Positions 12,785-25,900 of a DNA stretch of 64,000 nt are shown here, piece after piece. Source of the DNA: Camelus ferus (lineage: Eukaryota). The stretch spans positions 68,574,001-68,638,000 of the forward strand of contig NC_045697.1 in NCBI RefSeq assembly GCF_009834535.1, in the 5' to 3' direction. Every line of letters begins with the position of its first letter. Within the stretch, counting starts at the first letter, position 1. Below the pieces are notes generated by a model. The model saw only the letters and a list, made by a program, of their open reading frames with translations, searched no databases and was not told the origin of the DNA. Both the position numbers and the translations under genes were made by a program.

Positions 12785-13691
12785 GAGTCAAGGCTATTTT
12801 AATTGTAAATGACAGAAACCCAACTCAAACCACTTTAAGCAAAAAGGGAAATATATTGATGCACAAACACATCTAAGTGCTTAAACAATATTACTACTAT
12901 TTTCTTTTTCTCTTCAACTGTCAGAAATATTTTTCTCTGCTCTGGGTAATTCAGATAAGCTATCCCCTCATGGTGGCCAGAGAGTTACTGGTAATTCCAG
13001 GTATGGATCTTAGTATTTCATAAACTCCATACAAAAGAGAGAGTCTTTTCCTATTGTCTGGCTCATATCTATTGGCTCTGTTTAGCTCGGCCTGATTCAT
13101 GTACCCACCTAAGTGACGGTTGTTAGTAACTAAAATTTAATTGAGTAAATTTGAAGACCAAATTGGCTTTATTAAATGATTTATGAATTGGACAGCATCT
13201 CAGTAAAGAGATTCTCCAAGGGGTTATACAAAACAAAGTTTTTATAGAAAATGGAATAAGAAAATCATCAACAAGAGAAATGAAAGTCCATTGAAGGAAA
13301 ATAAGAGCTCAAGTGATGATAGCATCTCATTGGCTGAGCTGTGGCATTTCATTGGCTGAACTTGTTGCTTGGCAGGAACAAAATCTTCCTTCCCCCTGCC
13401 AGAGTAGCAAAGTAGTTAACACTTTCTGTTGGGGGTGCAAGGTAGTCTTTTCCAGTTGGGCTCTATAGCTGACCAAGAGTGGTAGGATGTGAGAGCTCCC
13501 TCTAAGGCCTTCCTGACTCCAATTTTAGTTGAGGTTTTCTTTTGTTAATTTTCATACACTTTAAAAGCACAGAATACTCAACTAAGACATGGGGACTAAA
13601 AATGGTTAAAGGGTAATTTTTTAAAAAATCAGAGTATTATTACCAGAAGAAGCTGGAATGTTAAGTAGGCAAAATCAAAAAATGTCTAACA
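12785..13691 (-). mobile_element. MaLR LTR, MLT1J/K-like, split by an ERV1 LTR
   Basis: gacagaaacccaactcaaaccactttaagcaaaaaggg at the left end; aaaatcagagtattattaccagaagaag...gcaaaa...atgtctaaca at the right end. Confidence 0.7.
13121..13556 (-). mobile_element. Solo ERV1-type LTR inserted into MLT1
   Basis: Begins tgttag; aattggctttattaaatgatttatgaattggacagcatc contains a minus-strand AATAAA; repeated attggctga (minus-strand CCAAT boxes); ends ttaattttcata. Confidence 0.65.
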
Positions 13692-13699
13692 GACTGCTA

Positions 13700-14545
13700 C
13701 ATATTTGGTATAAATTTTGGGAAAGGTGATATGAATCTGCATATAAGGAAACCTTAGGTTAATTTGGGGAGTTTGAAGAGATTAATCATGCATGTGGATA
13801 AAAGTAATCTGATTAGGTGTTTTTCAAAAGACCTTTATAAGAGCTATCAATATTAGTCATTTCAAAATTACAATTACAATTTATCAGATTAGAAACAATA
13901 ACAACAACAAAAACCATAGGTGGATATAAAGGGTCATATCTATGGAGAGAAAAACACCAGTACAGGTATCAGAACTATGATTGGTGTTTGTAATAGACTG
14001 TATTCTGTTCCAAATTCTTTTCTTCCTCCTCTGTTAGATTATGCATCTATATATTATGTGACTTGCAGAGCCTGTCTGTGGAAGAAGTGAACTTCCCAAC
14101 CTCATGGCACTGTGCCAGTCCAAATTATCTGCTTTGGGCAATGGAATTTGAGTGGAAGTGAGAATATGCCAGGTGTGAGCAGAAACTTTATGAGCCATTG
14201 CAGATTTGGTTCCATCTCCTTTCCTCTGTTACAAGAATAGAGTGTTCTAAATAGGGTCTTCAGGCTCTATTTTTAGCCTGAATTCTGGAATAGGGGGAAA
14301 TGTGGGGCAGAACAGCACTACTGTGACAAGTAGCTCACACAAAACAGGAACAAGGAAAAGAGCAAAAATTACAAAAAAAACCTTTGTTCTTATAAACTAC
14401 TTGATTTGGGGGAGGGTCATTTGTTACAGCAAACTAACCTAGAACAAAATTGACACAGTCTTATGTAAATTTCATTAAATGACCTGGAGAAAAGCCTGCA
14501 TTGTTTTCCCTTTAATTTGCAGGTAACACTAAGCTGTAATAAAAT
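13700..14545 (+). mobile_element. CR1/L3 LINE RT fossil, interrupted by MLT1; may continue to ~15640
   Basis: ttcattaaatgacctggag...tttgcaggtaacactaagctg (~14471-14535) resembles the DNA for the CR1 RT motif FINDL...FADDTKL. Confidence 0.5.
13989..14457 (+). mobile_element. MaLR LTR, MLT1H/I-like
   Basis: tgtaatagact start; tgctttgggcaatggaatttgagtggaagtga; tttgttacagca...tgacaca end. Confidence 0.75.
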
Positions 14546-15075
14546 GAAAACAAGTAAATTACCTGAATATTTGCTAAATCTCAAGCATTATGCTAACAGC
14601 TTCACTAACTTTATTTTCAGTGTTGTGTTTAGTCCTCTCTGAATCCCTATTACAAATATCATGAATTCTTTACCACTAAGGAAACTCACTTGCCCAAGGT
14701 CATATACTACCAGGCAGACTAAAATTAAAATTCTGGCTTCAGGTGCCAGGCTTTGAAGCACTTATGAATTTTGGAGTGAATAAGTGACACATAATGCATG
14801 TATGAAGTGATAATCCAAACAATGGTCATGGAAGTGAGGACCCAGAGAATGTGGAGATTACCCTAGAAATGGTAAGAAAGAGCACTGTAAGGCACCTGAG
14901 TAAAAGCAACTGGAACTCGATAAGACACTGAAAATAAAAGCTGAAAGAATACGTGTCAAATCTAAAAAATATAAAGAGTATAAAAAAACAAAAGAACATG
15001 GCTTTAAATAGAAGTTTTAGACTATAATGAGTTCTTTCATGTGGCTGGAATAAATTTAACTTAGATTAAATAAAA

Positions 15076-15519
15076 TGGTGCGTTGAATTACATACCCTCC
15101 ACTGCCAAATTCATGTATTGACGTCCTAACCCCTAGCACCTCAGAATGTGACCTTATTTGGAAACAGAGTTGTTGCAGATATAGTTAAATTAAGATGAGG
15201 TCATACTGGAGTAGAGTGGACCCTTAATTCAGTTTGACAGACATCTTTAGAAAAAGGGGAAATTTGGACACAGACATCCACACAGAGAGAAAGCCTTGTG
15301 AACATGAAGACAGAGACCAAGGTGATGCAGCAGAAGATAATGAAGGTGGAAATTTGCCACCAAACCACGGAAGGCCAGGAGAGAGGATGGGACAGGAGCT
15401 CATGTGGCTGACAACTTGATGTTAGTTTTCTAGCCTCCAGAACTGAGACATAATGCCTTTCTGTTGTTTGAGCCACCTACTTTGCAACTTTGTTACAGCA
15501 GTCCTAGAAAACGATTAGA
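15076..15519 (+). mobile_element. MaLR LTR, MLT1B/C-like
   Basis: gtcctaacccctagcacctcagaatgtgaccttatttggaaa; aagatgaggtcatactggagtag; agcctccagaactgagac. Confidence 0.85.
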
Positions 15520-17821
15520 AGTTGATTAACTTAGAAAATAAGTTGTAAACTTACAGAATACCCAGCACTACAAAGTGGTAATCAGCTATCAATAAGATAA
15601 AAAGTTTGTGTAAATTCATAATTCATAGAGCTAAAATGAGCTGTGAAGGACAGTTGTGATGTGTTCACGCTTCAGTCTTTGAGGCTGACTTCAGAGGGAG
15701 AACCTGAGAGAAAGCATGAAAAGATTTTAGTTTATTTCATCAAAGGGATAAGCCTTCGAAGTTACTTCAATAATTGTGTGTTAGACTGGGATGACTTTCC
15801 AGATTTAATTTTTGGTATTTCCCAAGAGTGTCTAATATCTCCTTGTAAAATTTTAGTTACTTTAAAAATGTAGGCATAATGGGGAGGGCAGAAGTACTTT
15901 GGTCTCTCATGGAAATGGTGTATTCTTTCACACCCTCTGCACTCAGCTGAAAATGGTGCCCCGATGGGCTGAGAGAGTTAATTCACATCCCAGATACCTA
16001 ACTTACTCCCTGGGAGTAAATTACTCATTGGCAGGACAAGGTCATTGTTCATTTTAACCATTACCATAGCATTTTATATTGTCAAGTGCTGTGTGGTTTC
16101 TCAATCCATAAAATCCCCTGGTGAAGAAAGGGAGATGACAAACAAATTATGTCTGATTTAGAGACTAGTGAGCTGGGACTCAGGCAAGAGACAAAGCCAT
16201 CATTGGTAAGGACCATCCCAAAAGGCAGGAGCTGTGGCCGGGGTCTCTGTTTATCATGCAGAGTACAGAAATAAAGGGGTAAGGGATATTAGCTATGTGT
16301 CCAATTCTTGTATTTCTGGGAAGTTTAGCGCCCCACCCAAGCTGACTCTTGGCAGCAGCCATCTGTCAAAGAAAGGAAAGGTACAAAGAAAGTGAAGTAC
16401 AAATTATGTACAGTGTGTTAGAATCTAAGCTGTAAAATCAAAATGAAATACACCGTAGCTTAAAGTCAACTCCCCAAAACAGTATCGGGAGGACAAAGGA
16501 CACTTTTTATTATTTGCCACTATTTTGACAAGGGAATCGGTTAAAAGTATCAGTGGAGGCATGGCAAGGGGGCCAGGAGAGACAAAGCTTAGAAAAAAAG
16601 CACAAGAAACAAATATTCCATTACTTAATGTAATTTCATCTAAAAATTTATATTAATTAAAAAAAAATCACTATTTCTACTTTGTCACTCAGTGATGAGG
16701 TTAAGCTGAGACTTGGCATTTATTCCAACAAGCATATTTTGCTGACTCTTGCAGCATATAAACTTAGCATTTGTCAGGTTATTAGTTATTGCCTGTAAAA
16801 CAATGCTGGGCTTTTTGTTGTGAGTGTTCTGGGAATACTAGGATCCTACCAGGCTGCCAACCTGGGATCCCAGTTCTTGAAAACTGATAAAAATTTCAAA
16901 ATGAGATATCAGCAAGAGCCAGTGAGAGTAAGTCAACATGGGAGACTCAACTGGAATGCTGAACACTGGGATACAAGGTCAGGGTGGCTGGCTGATTCTC
17001 AAATTTCTGAAGTTGAATGTTCACCATTTCATGTCTGCTTCAAGCTAAATCCTAAGATACAAGCGGCCAGAACAGATGTGTTTTCATGTATAAGGTTTTA
17101 CTTGCTTTTATTTTATGAAGTTTGAAATGTTCTAACCCATTTTCCTGCTGCCAATCAGAGATCTAGTGTTGCCCTGATGTCCCATTGATTCTAAAAATCA
17201 ATGACTGTCGTGCCAGTGCTTGGTTAGGGAGCATAATTGCTCTTTCAAAGCAAGCTTGCTGGGTAAAGATGGCCCTTCTGAATTTGATCAATTTTTATCA
17301 CAATGAGGCCAAAGAGTTAAGAATCAGTGTGATGATCTCTTTATATTGATGTCACTCAGGTCTTGAGCTCTTCTGGCACAAAGACTTATAGATGGAAATT
17401 ACAAATTGGGGGTGACAAGTGTGGAAACAGCTGCCACAAATCTGACAGTATATCAAAACTTATTTTAGTGATCTTATAATTCAGTGAAATGAACATATAA
17501 TCAGACTTAATTGTAATTAATCCAAATCACACTCTTTAATACAATCACAGAATTTCTTGTTTGGTGGTAAGATCATAGTCTCTACTGAGCTAAAAAAAAA
17601 AAAAAAAAAAAAACTTTCTAACAGACCAAGCAAATTAATTACCACTATGTGCTATCACACATAATAAATGAGGAAGAGTTCTCAGATACTCTTTCAATCA
17701 GACTTTAAGATAAATTTCTCCCCATTACAAATATTTGGAAAGAAGTTTATACTTTAATGAGAAATTAAACTTCAAAAGAATGTACAAAATCCATTTGGTG
17801 GGGCATTTTGTTCATAAATCA

Positions 17822-19745
17822 TTTTTTATCATGGTAAAATTTACATAACATAAAATTCACTATTTTAACTATTTTATACAGTTTGGTGACATTTATACTA
17901 ATGAATGTGTGCAGTAAATAAATATACTATTCACAGTGTTCTAAAACCATTGCCACTGCCTCATTCCAAAACACTTTCATTACCCCAGAAAGAACCTCCT
18001 TACTTATTAGTCAATACCCATTCCTCCCTACCCACAAACCTTGACAACCACTGATAAGTTTTCTCTCTACAAATTTGTCTATTCTGAATATTTCATATAA
18101 ACAGAATCATACTGCATATGGTCTTTTGTGTCTGGCTTCAACTTTCACTTACCATAGTGTTTCTAAGGATATACATGTTATCACATGCATCAGTGCGTCA
18201 TTCTTTTTTATGGCTGGATGAGAGTCTGTTGTATACATATACCACACTTTCTTTATCCATCCATTGATGATCAACATCTGGGTTGTTTCTGTCTTTTTGA
18301 CTATTCTGAATAGTACTGCTGTGAATAATCATGTATAAGTTTTTGTTTGAACATCTGTTTTTAATTCTATGAAGTATTCACCTAGGAATGAAATAGCTCA
18401 GTCACATGGTAATTCTGTTTAATTTACTGGAGGACTGCCAAACTGTTTTCACGAGGACAGCACTATTATGCATACCCACCAGCAATATATGAGTGTTTCA
18501 ATTTCTCCAGGCCTTTGCAGTATTTGTTATTGACTGTTTTTATTGTTGTTATTATAGTCATCTTATTGGATGTTAAGTGGTATCTTATTCTGTTTTCATT
18601 TGCATTTCCTAAATGACAAATGATGTTGAGCATCTTTTCATGTGCTTGTTGACCATTTGTGTATCTTCCTTGGACAAATTTCTCCAAATCTCTTCCTTCA
18701 CTCAATTTTTAATTGGGTTGTCTTTTGTGGTTGAGTAGTAAGGTTTCTTTATATATGCAGGATACTAGACCCTTTATATATATATACATATAATTATGAT
18801 TTGCAAATATTTTCTCTCATTATGCTGGTTGTCTTTTAACTTTCTTGATAGTGTCTTTTGACATAAATGTTTTAAATTTGAGAAAGTAAAATTCATCTAT
18901 TTGTTGTTCCTTGTGTTTTTGGTATCATATCTAAGAAACCATTGCCAAATCCAAGGTCATGAAGATTTACTTCTGTTTTCTTCTAAGAGTTTTATAATTT
19001 TAGCTCTGATACTTAGTTCTTTGTTCCACTTTGACTTAATTTTTGTATATAGTAGAAGGAAAGGGTAATTTTATTCTTTTGCATGTAGATTTATTCAATT
19101 GTCCTAGCATCATTTGTTAAAGACAATATTCTTTCCCATTGAATAGTTTTGGTACCTTTGTCAAAATAGATAATCTTAAGTGTATTGTTTTATTCCCAGA
19201 TTCTCAATTCTATTCCATTAATCTATATGGCTATCTTTATGTTGGCACTGAACTTTTTTAATTACTATAGCTTTGTGGTAAGTTTTGGAATTAAGAAGTA
19301 TGAGTGCTCTAACATTGTGCTTCTTTTCCAAGATTGGTTTGGGTATTTGAAGTTCCTTGCAATTCTGTATGAATTTTAGGATCAGCTTTTCCATTTCTTC
19401 AAAAAAAAAAAAAAAAGACATTTAGATATTGATAGAGTTTTCATTAATCTGTATATTGTTTTGGAGAATAATTCCATTTTCACAATATTATGTCTTCCAA
19501 TTTACGAACATGCAATGTCTTCCCATTTATTTAGGTCTTTAATATTTTTAGCAATGTTTTATAGTTTTCAGTGTACCAGTCTAATATTTCCTTGGTGAAA
19601 TGCATTCCTAAATATTTCTTCTTTATGCTATTATAAATGGAATTGTTTTCTTAATTTCCTTTTGGATTGTTCATTGCTGATATATAGAAATACAACTGAT
19701 TTTTGCATATTGGTCTTGGGTCCTCCAACTTTGCTGAATTAATTT
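17822..19745 (-). mobile_element. 5'-truncated L1 (L1MB-like 3' UTR plus ORF2 C-terminal part), decayed
   Basis: Minus ORFs give ORF2-like peptides (MEKLILKFIQNCKELQIPKPILEKK; RYHLT); L1MB-type tail ggtaaaatttacataacataaaattcac. Confidence 0.9.
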
Positions 19746-19833
19746 TATAAAACTACTTTCTATGTTATAGTTACTAGTCAAAAACAGATTGGATAATTTG
19801 GGCACAATGAGTTACTTCAGAAAAACCATTACA

Positions 19834-20135
19834 AAAAAAACCCGATAAATACAAATAGAAACAGACTCATAGACATACAATACAAACTTGTGGTTGCCAA
19901 GGGGGTGGGGGGGACAGAAGGGACAGACTGGGATTTTAAAATGTAGAACAGATAAACAAGATTATACTGTATAGCACAGGGAAATATATACAAGATCTTG
20001 TGGTAGCTCATAGCGAAAAAAAATGTGACAATGAATATATGTATGTTCATGTATAACTGAAAAATTGTGCTCTACACTGGAATTTGACACAACATTGTAA
20101 AATGACTATTACTCAATTTAAAAAGTTTAAAAAAA
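19834..20135 (+). mobile_element. Young camelid-type L1 3' end (~300 bp, 5'-truncated)
   Basis: acagactcatagacatac...cttgtggttgccaagggg...ggaatttgacacaacattgtaaaatg; A-rich tail; perfect 15-bp TSD agaaaaaccattaca at 19819-19833 and 20136-20150. Confidence 0.9.
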
Positions 20136-21528
20136 AGAAAAACCATTACACATTTAAAAAATAGGACTTTTCTTATCATATTTCTATTTTAATTGATTTT
20201 ATGGCTGTTATCATATACCTCTTCCATAAAGTAACAGTGAATTTAAAATAAACCCTTCTAAATGTATCCAAAACAATTATAATGTACTCTGGCTTTCAGA
20301 AGGACTATTATTTACATTAACAAAACAGTTGTCTGGTAGGTAAATAATAAACCTGCCAGCCCAAGACCTATAAATCATTGAAGAAAGCAAAAAAGAACCA
20401 AGGAACTATGCAAAACAGATTTATAAACACTATTTTAACACTTGATACCCACATATATTCCTTGTGCAAATTTAAATCGCACTTTGATTCTGGTGACGTC
20501 ATAGGTCCTGGCTGTCAACATGCTGGTAAAACTTCATAGCATTTGCAGACAAGTTTAAACCAGAGCACCAGAAAGTCTGCCATTACAAAGAAAATAAACA
20601 CACAAAATTTATGTCATAAAGGGTTGAGCAAATTTAAAGCAGAGAGGATTTATAAAAAAATCAAAAAGTTTAGCAATGATAGAGGAGAAGAGACCAAGTG
20701 CCACTGAAAAAATCTAGCTCAGAGATAATTATGTGATTAAAAAGGGTGGGAATAAGACTTTAATTCTCTAGCAATAGAGAAAGAGCTGAAGCAGAAATAG
20801 GTTGGCTCAGGGATGAGATCGATCACAAAGGAAAATTGAAGGAGCTAGATGGTTCATGGCCAAATATAAGGGACAAAATCCAAGGGAAGAATCATATTTC
20901 ACAGGAAGAGTTTAATGAACAAAGTAAGCAGTTTGTGGAGAGCTTAAGCAGCAGAATTGTGAACTGATGATGTCCCCGTCTGTGGTACTGGCTGAACAGG
21001 ACCAAGTTCTCTAGGCGGAAGTGTGAAGTAACAGGCTGAAAATATTTTAAGGCCAGTAAAAACGATAAAGTTTATGATGTCAAGGGCATGGCATTTAAAA
21101 TAATTTTGTCTTCAAGTATAGCTTAAAATATCCTTGAGTGGTAGCAGTAAGAAGTGATCAGTGCCAAAATAACAGGGAGTCACTCTTTAGTTTGCTCTGT
21201 CTGCTTTATCATGCTGATCTAATAGTGTTTGAAAGTTCAGGTCAGCATCCATCAGTGTAGGAAATCACTTAGCATTCAAAATTTCACAGGGTGTTCATAC
21301 ATAGAGGTGAACCCTGCCTCCAGCAAGGTCAACATGTGAATGAATAGATTGGATATTTTAAAGCTAAAAATCTAAATTAGTGAGTGATTATTTTCTTTAA
21401 TAAATAATCCTTTATTTCTGAATGTTTTAAGTATGACATTTCTTGTCTCATAATTAAAATGGTTCCAATATAAAATTCAGTCCCTATAGAGTATTAGCAG
21501 AGTATGTTTCACAAGATAAATTCTTTTA

Positions 21529-22116
21529 TGTAGTGGACACTGTAGTGCAGTGACCAGGTTCCTTTCAGTGAAGGACTTACTGCCTCAGCCGCAGAAAGTG
21601 CTGTTGCCAGACAGCTTTGAACTGTCAGACCCTTCAAGGGATTGACTCAGCTGCAGAGAGCCACCTTGCACAAGGTCACACTCGTTCTGGGGTAGCCCAC
21701 CCCAATGACTGATCTATGCAGGAATATAGGGGCCAGCTGTCTTGGGCCAAGTTATCACAACTCTGAGATCCCATTCTATCTCCAGAGCACCCTGCTGGGA
21801 TGACCAGATCTGCTGCTGAGCTTGGGCTGCATCTCAACTTCTCCCTTTGGTCAGTCCTGCTTCCTTTCCCTCCCTTCCATAAAGTTGATCCCAAGGATCC
21901 TTAAAAGACATTCTGCACTTTAAATTGGGGAGAGGGTGTGGCATTTAGGTTTGTTTAATTATTTATTATTTATTTTTTAACAGAGGTACTGGGGATCAAA
22001 CCTAAGACCTCATGCATACTTAGCACTCACTCTGCCACTGAGCTATACCTGTCCCAACATTCTGCACTTTAAACTGCATACCAGAGACTGTTTCCCAAGG
22101 AGCCCAACTTCTAACA
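21529..22116 (+). mobile_element. ERVL solo LTR, LTR16-like, interrupted by a SINE
   Basis: tgtagtgg...ctaaca termini; ctcagctgcagagagccaccttg motif; 5-bp flanks tttta/ttata (4/5 match). Confidence 0.8.
21925..22056 (-). mobile_element. tRNA-derived camelid SINE (Vic-1-like)
   Basis: Minus strand reads GGTATAGCTCAGTGGCAGAGTGAGTGCTAAGTATGCATGAGGTCTTAGGTTTGATCCCCAGTACCTC plus an AT-rich tail; perfect 17-bp TSD acattctgcactttaaa at 21908-21924 and 22057-22073. Confidence 0.9.
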
Positions 22117-22960
22117 TTATAGGACACGCATCAAACACGTATGTAAAAAAATGTATCCAGATTGTGAAAATGTTCAGATTACAGAAAATATGTAAAGAAA
22201 AATTTATCCAGATTGTTGAATTATACACATATTTTCAGAGATAATAAAAGATTGAAGGAAAATAATAGCAGAGGACCTAGATGATATTAAGTATATAATT
22301 AAGGTTCCAGCTAATATAAATAGTGGTTAAAGGAAGTGTGTGTGAGTATAGTCAGAATATGTCTTTCCATTTTTTTTTTTTTTCACAATATTGCTGGAAG
22401 TAAAACAGGTGTTGCTCTTGTCTTTTAGAAAATAGAACTCACCTACACTTTATTGGTGGGCAAAATAAAGATTATTCATAGAATTTAAAAGGGCAAAAAG
22501 AATGGAAAATTGAAATGGGGAAAGAAAATTTCTGATCATTTTACAGTATTTGTTCACTGATGGTTCTTTTTTCTATCTTCATTTCTAACACTGGTTTGTA
22601 CACAGACTTTTTAAATTTCACCTAATTAAAATCTGATATTGCATATAGATTTCTGTTGACTTTTTTTAATTTAAGTGAAGTTGATTTACAATGTTGTTTC
22701 TAGAATACATCAAAATGATTCAGTTATACGTATATATACTTTTTCATATTCTTTTCCATTATAGGTTATTACAACGTATTGAATATAGTTCCCTGTGCTA
22801 TAAAGTAGGACCTTGTTGTTTATCTATTTTATATATAGTAGTGCATATCTGTTAATTCTAAGCTCCTAATTTATCTCTTCCTCCCCACCTTGGTAACTGT
22901 GTTTGTTTTCTATGTCTGTGAGTCTGTTTCTTTTTTGTAAATAGGATTATTTGTGTCACT

Positions 22961-25900
22961 TTAAATTCCACATATAAGTGATATCACATAATATTTGTTT
23001 ATCCCTGATTTAGTTCACTTAGTATGATAATCTCTGGGTCCATTCATGTTGCAGCAAATGACATTATTTATTATTGTTACAGCTGAGTAGTATTCCATTG
23101 TATAAATATACCACAACTTCTTTATCCAGTCATCTGTCTATGGACACTTAGGTTAGGTCTATGTCTTGTCTACTATAAATAGTGCAGCTATGAACATTGA
23201 GGTGCATGCATATTTTCAAGTTAGAGTTTCCTCCACATATATGCCTAAGAGTGAAATTGCTGGATCTTATGGTAACTCTATTTTTAGTTTTTTAAGGAAT
23301 CTCCATATGGTTTTCCATGGTGGTTGCACCAATTTACATACCAGCCAACCGTGTAGGCAGGTTTCCTTTTCTCCACACCCTCTCCAGTGTTTATTGTTTG
23401 TGGACATTTTAATGATGGCCATTCTGACTGATGTGAAGTGATACCTCATTGTAGTTTTGATTTACATTTCTCTAATAGAGATATTAAGCATCTTTTCATG
23501 TGCCTATTGGCCACTGGTATGCCTTCTTTGGAGAAATGTCTATTTAGGTCTTCTGCCCATTTTTTGATTGGGTTGTTTGTTTTTTGATATTGAGCTATAT
23601 GAGCTGTCTATATATTTGGGAAATTAATCCCTTGTTGTTTGCATCATTTGCAAATATTTTCTTTTAGTAGGTTGTCTTTTCATTTTGTTTGTGGTTTCCT
23701 TTGCTGGGCAAAAGCTATATGTTTGATTAGGTCCCATTTGTTTGTATTCCTTTTCTTTCTTTTGCCTTGGGAGACTGACCCATGGAAACATTGCTATGAT
23801 TTATGTCAGAGAATGTTGTGCCTATGTTCTCTTCTAGGAGTTTTATGATGTCATCTCTCATATTTAAGTCTTTAAGCCATTCTGAGTTTATTTTGGTGTG
23901 TGGCCTTTGTAAGGAAGTGTTCTAACTGCATTGATTTATATGCAGATCTTCAGCTTTCCCAACACCACTTGCTGAAAAGATTGTCTTTTCTCCTAAGATT
24001 GTCTGCCTCCTTTGTCGCAGATTAATTGACCATAAGTGCATAGGTTTATTTCTGGGCTCTCTATTCTGTTCCATTGATTTATATATCTGTTTCTGTGTCA
24101 ATAGCACACTGTTTTGATTACTATACCTTTGTAGTACTGTCTGAAGTCTGGGAGGGTTATGCTCCAACTTTGTTCTTTTCCCTCAGGACTGCTTTGGCAA
24201 TTCTGGGTCTTTTGTGGTTCTGTATAAATGTTATGATTATTTGTTCTAGTTTTGTGAAAAATATCATGAGTAATTTGATAGGGACCACATTAAATCTGTA
24301 GATTGCTTTGGGTAGTATGGCCATTTTAAGAATATTAATTCTTCCAATCCAAGAGCATGGGGTATCTTTCCATTTCTTTGAATCATTTTCAGTTTCTTTT
24401 ATCAATGTTTTATAGTTCTCAGCATCTGTCTTTCACCTCCTTGGTCACGTTTATTCCTAAGTATTTTTTTTTAATATGATTTTAAAAGGGATTTTTGTTT
24501 TTTACTTTCTCTTTCTGATATTTCATTGTTAGTTAAAGAAATGCAACAGATTTCTGTGTGTTAATCTTGTATCCTGCTACCTTGCTGCATTTGTCTATCA
24601 GTTTTACTAGAACTTTAAAAGGTTTTCTATATAGAGTATTACATCATCTGCATATAATGACAATTTTACATCTTCCCTTCCAATTTGGATACCTTTTATT
24701 TCGTTTTGTTGTCTGATTGCTGTGGCTAGGAATTCCAATACTATGTTGAATAGAAGTGGTGAGAGTGGGCATCCTTGTCTTGTTCCACATTTTAGTGGGA
24801 AAGCTTTCAACTTTTCACCATTAAGTATTATGTTAGCTGTGAGTTTGTCATAAATAGCTTTTATTATGCTGAGATATGTTCTTCTATACCCACTTTGGTA
24901 AGAGTTTTTGTCATGGATGAATATTGCATTTTATCAAATGCTTTTTCTACATCTATGAAGATGATCATCTGGTTTTTGTCTTTTGTTGATGTGGTATATC
25001 ACATTGATTGATTTGCATATGTTGAACCATCCTTGTGACTCTGGGATGAATCCAACTTGATCATGCTGTATGATCACTTAAATGTGTTGTTGGATTTGGT
25101 TTGCTAATATTTTGTTAAGGATTTTTGCATCTATATTTATCAAAGATATTGGCCTGTAATTATCTTTTTTTGGTAGTGTCTTTGTCTGGTTTTGGTATCA
25201 GGGTGATGGTAGCTTCACAGAATGACTTTGGGAGTGTTCCCTCCTCTTTAATATTTTATAGATCTTTGAGAAGGATCAGTATGAGTTCTCCTTTGTATGT
25301 TTTGTAGAATTCCCTAGTGAAGCCACCCAGTCCTGAACTTTTGTTTGCAGGGAATTTTTTTTTTTTTTTAAACAGATTTTATTTCACTTCTAGTGATTGG
25401 TCTGTTCAAATTATCTATTTCTTCTTGATTTATTTGGCGAGCTGTAAGTTTCTAGAAACTTGTCCATTTCTTCTAGGTTGTCCAATTTGTTGGTACATAA
25501 TTGTTCATAGTATTCTTTTAGGATTTTTTTTTTTTTGTACTTCTTTGGTGTCAGTGGTTATTTCTCCTCTTTCATTTATTTTGTTTATTTGGGTCCTCTC
25601 TTTTCTTTTTGGTGAGTCTTGCAAGAGGTTTGTTGATTTTTGTCTATCCTTTCAAAAAAACAAGCTCTTAATGTTATTGATTTTTCCTATTGTTTTTTAA
25701 TCTATATTTGATTTATCTCCTCCCTTCTGCTGATTTTAGTTTTTATTTGTTCTTCTCTATTTCTTTTAGGTGGTAGGTTAGGTTGTTTATTTGGGATTCT
25801 TCTTTTCTGAGGAAGGCCTGTATTGCTATAAACTTCCCTCTTAAGACTGCTTTTGCTGAATCCCAAAGACTTTGTACGATTGTATTTTCTTTGTTATTTG

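Noticed and set aside
14500..14530. ttttccctttaatttgcAG|GTAAC as a recursive splice site
   Set aside because: Better explained as the decayed CR1 tttgcagatgacac (FADDT) motif.
17592..17612. Isolated A-tract of ~21 nt as a retrocopy tail
   Set aside because: No TSD or recognisable upstream retroposed body was found.
24607..24810. Reverse-transcriptase motifs (QGCPLSP, YADD) as a novel RT or retron-like system
   Set aside because: They are part of an ordinary disrupted L1 ORF2 in a mammalian genome.
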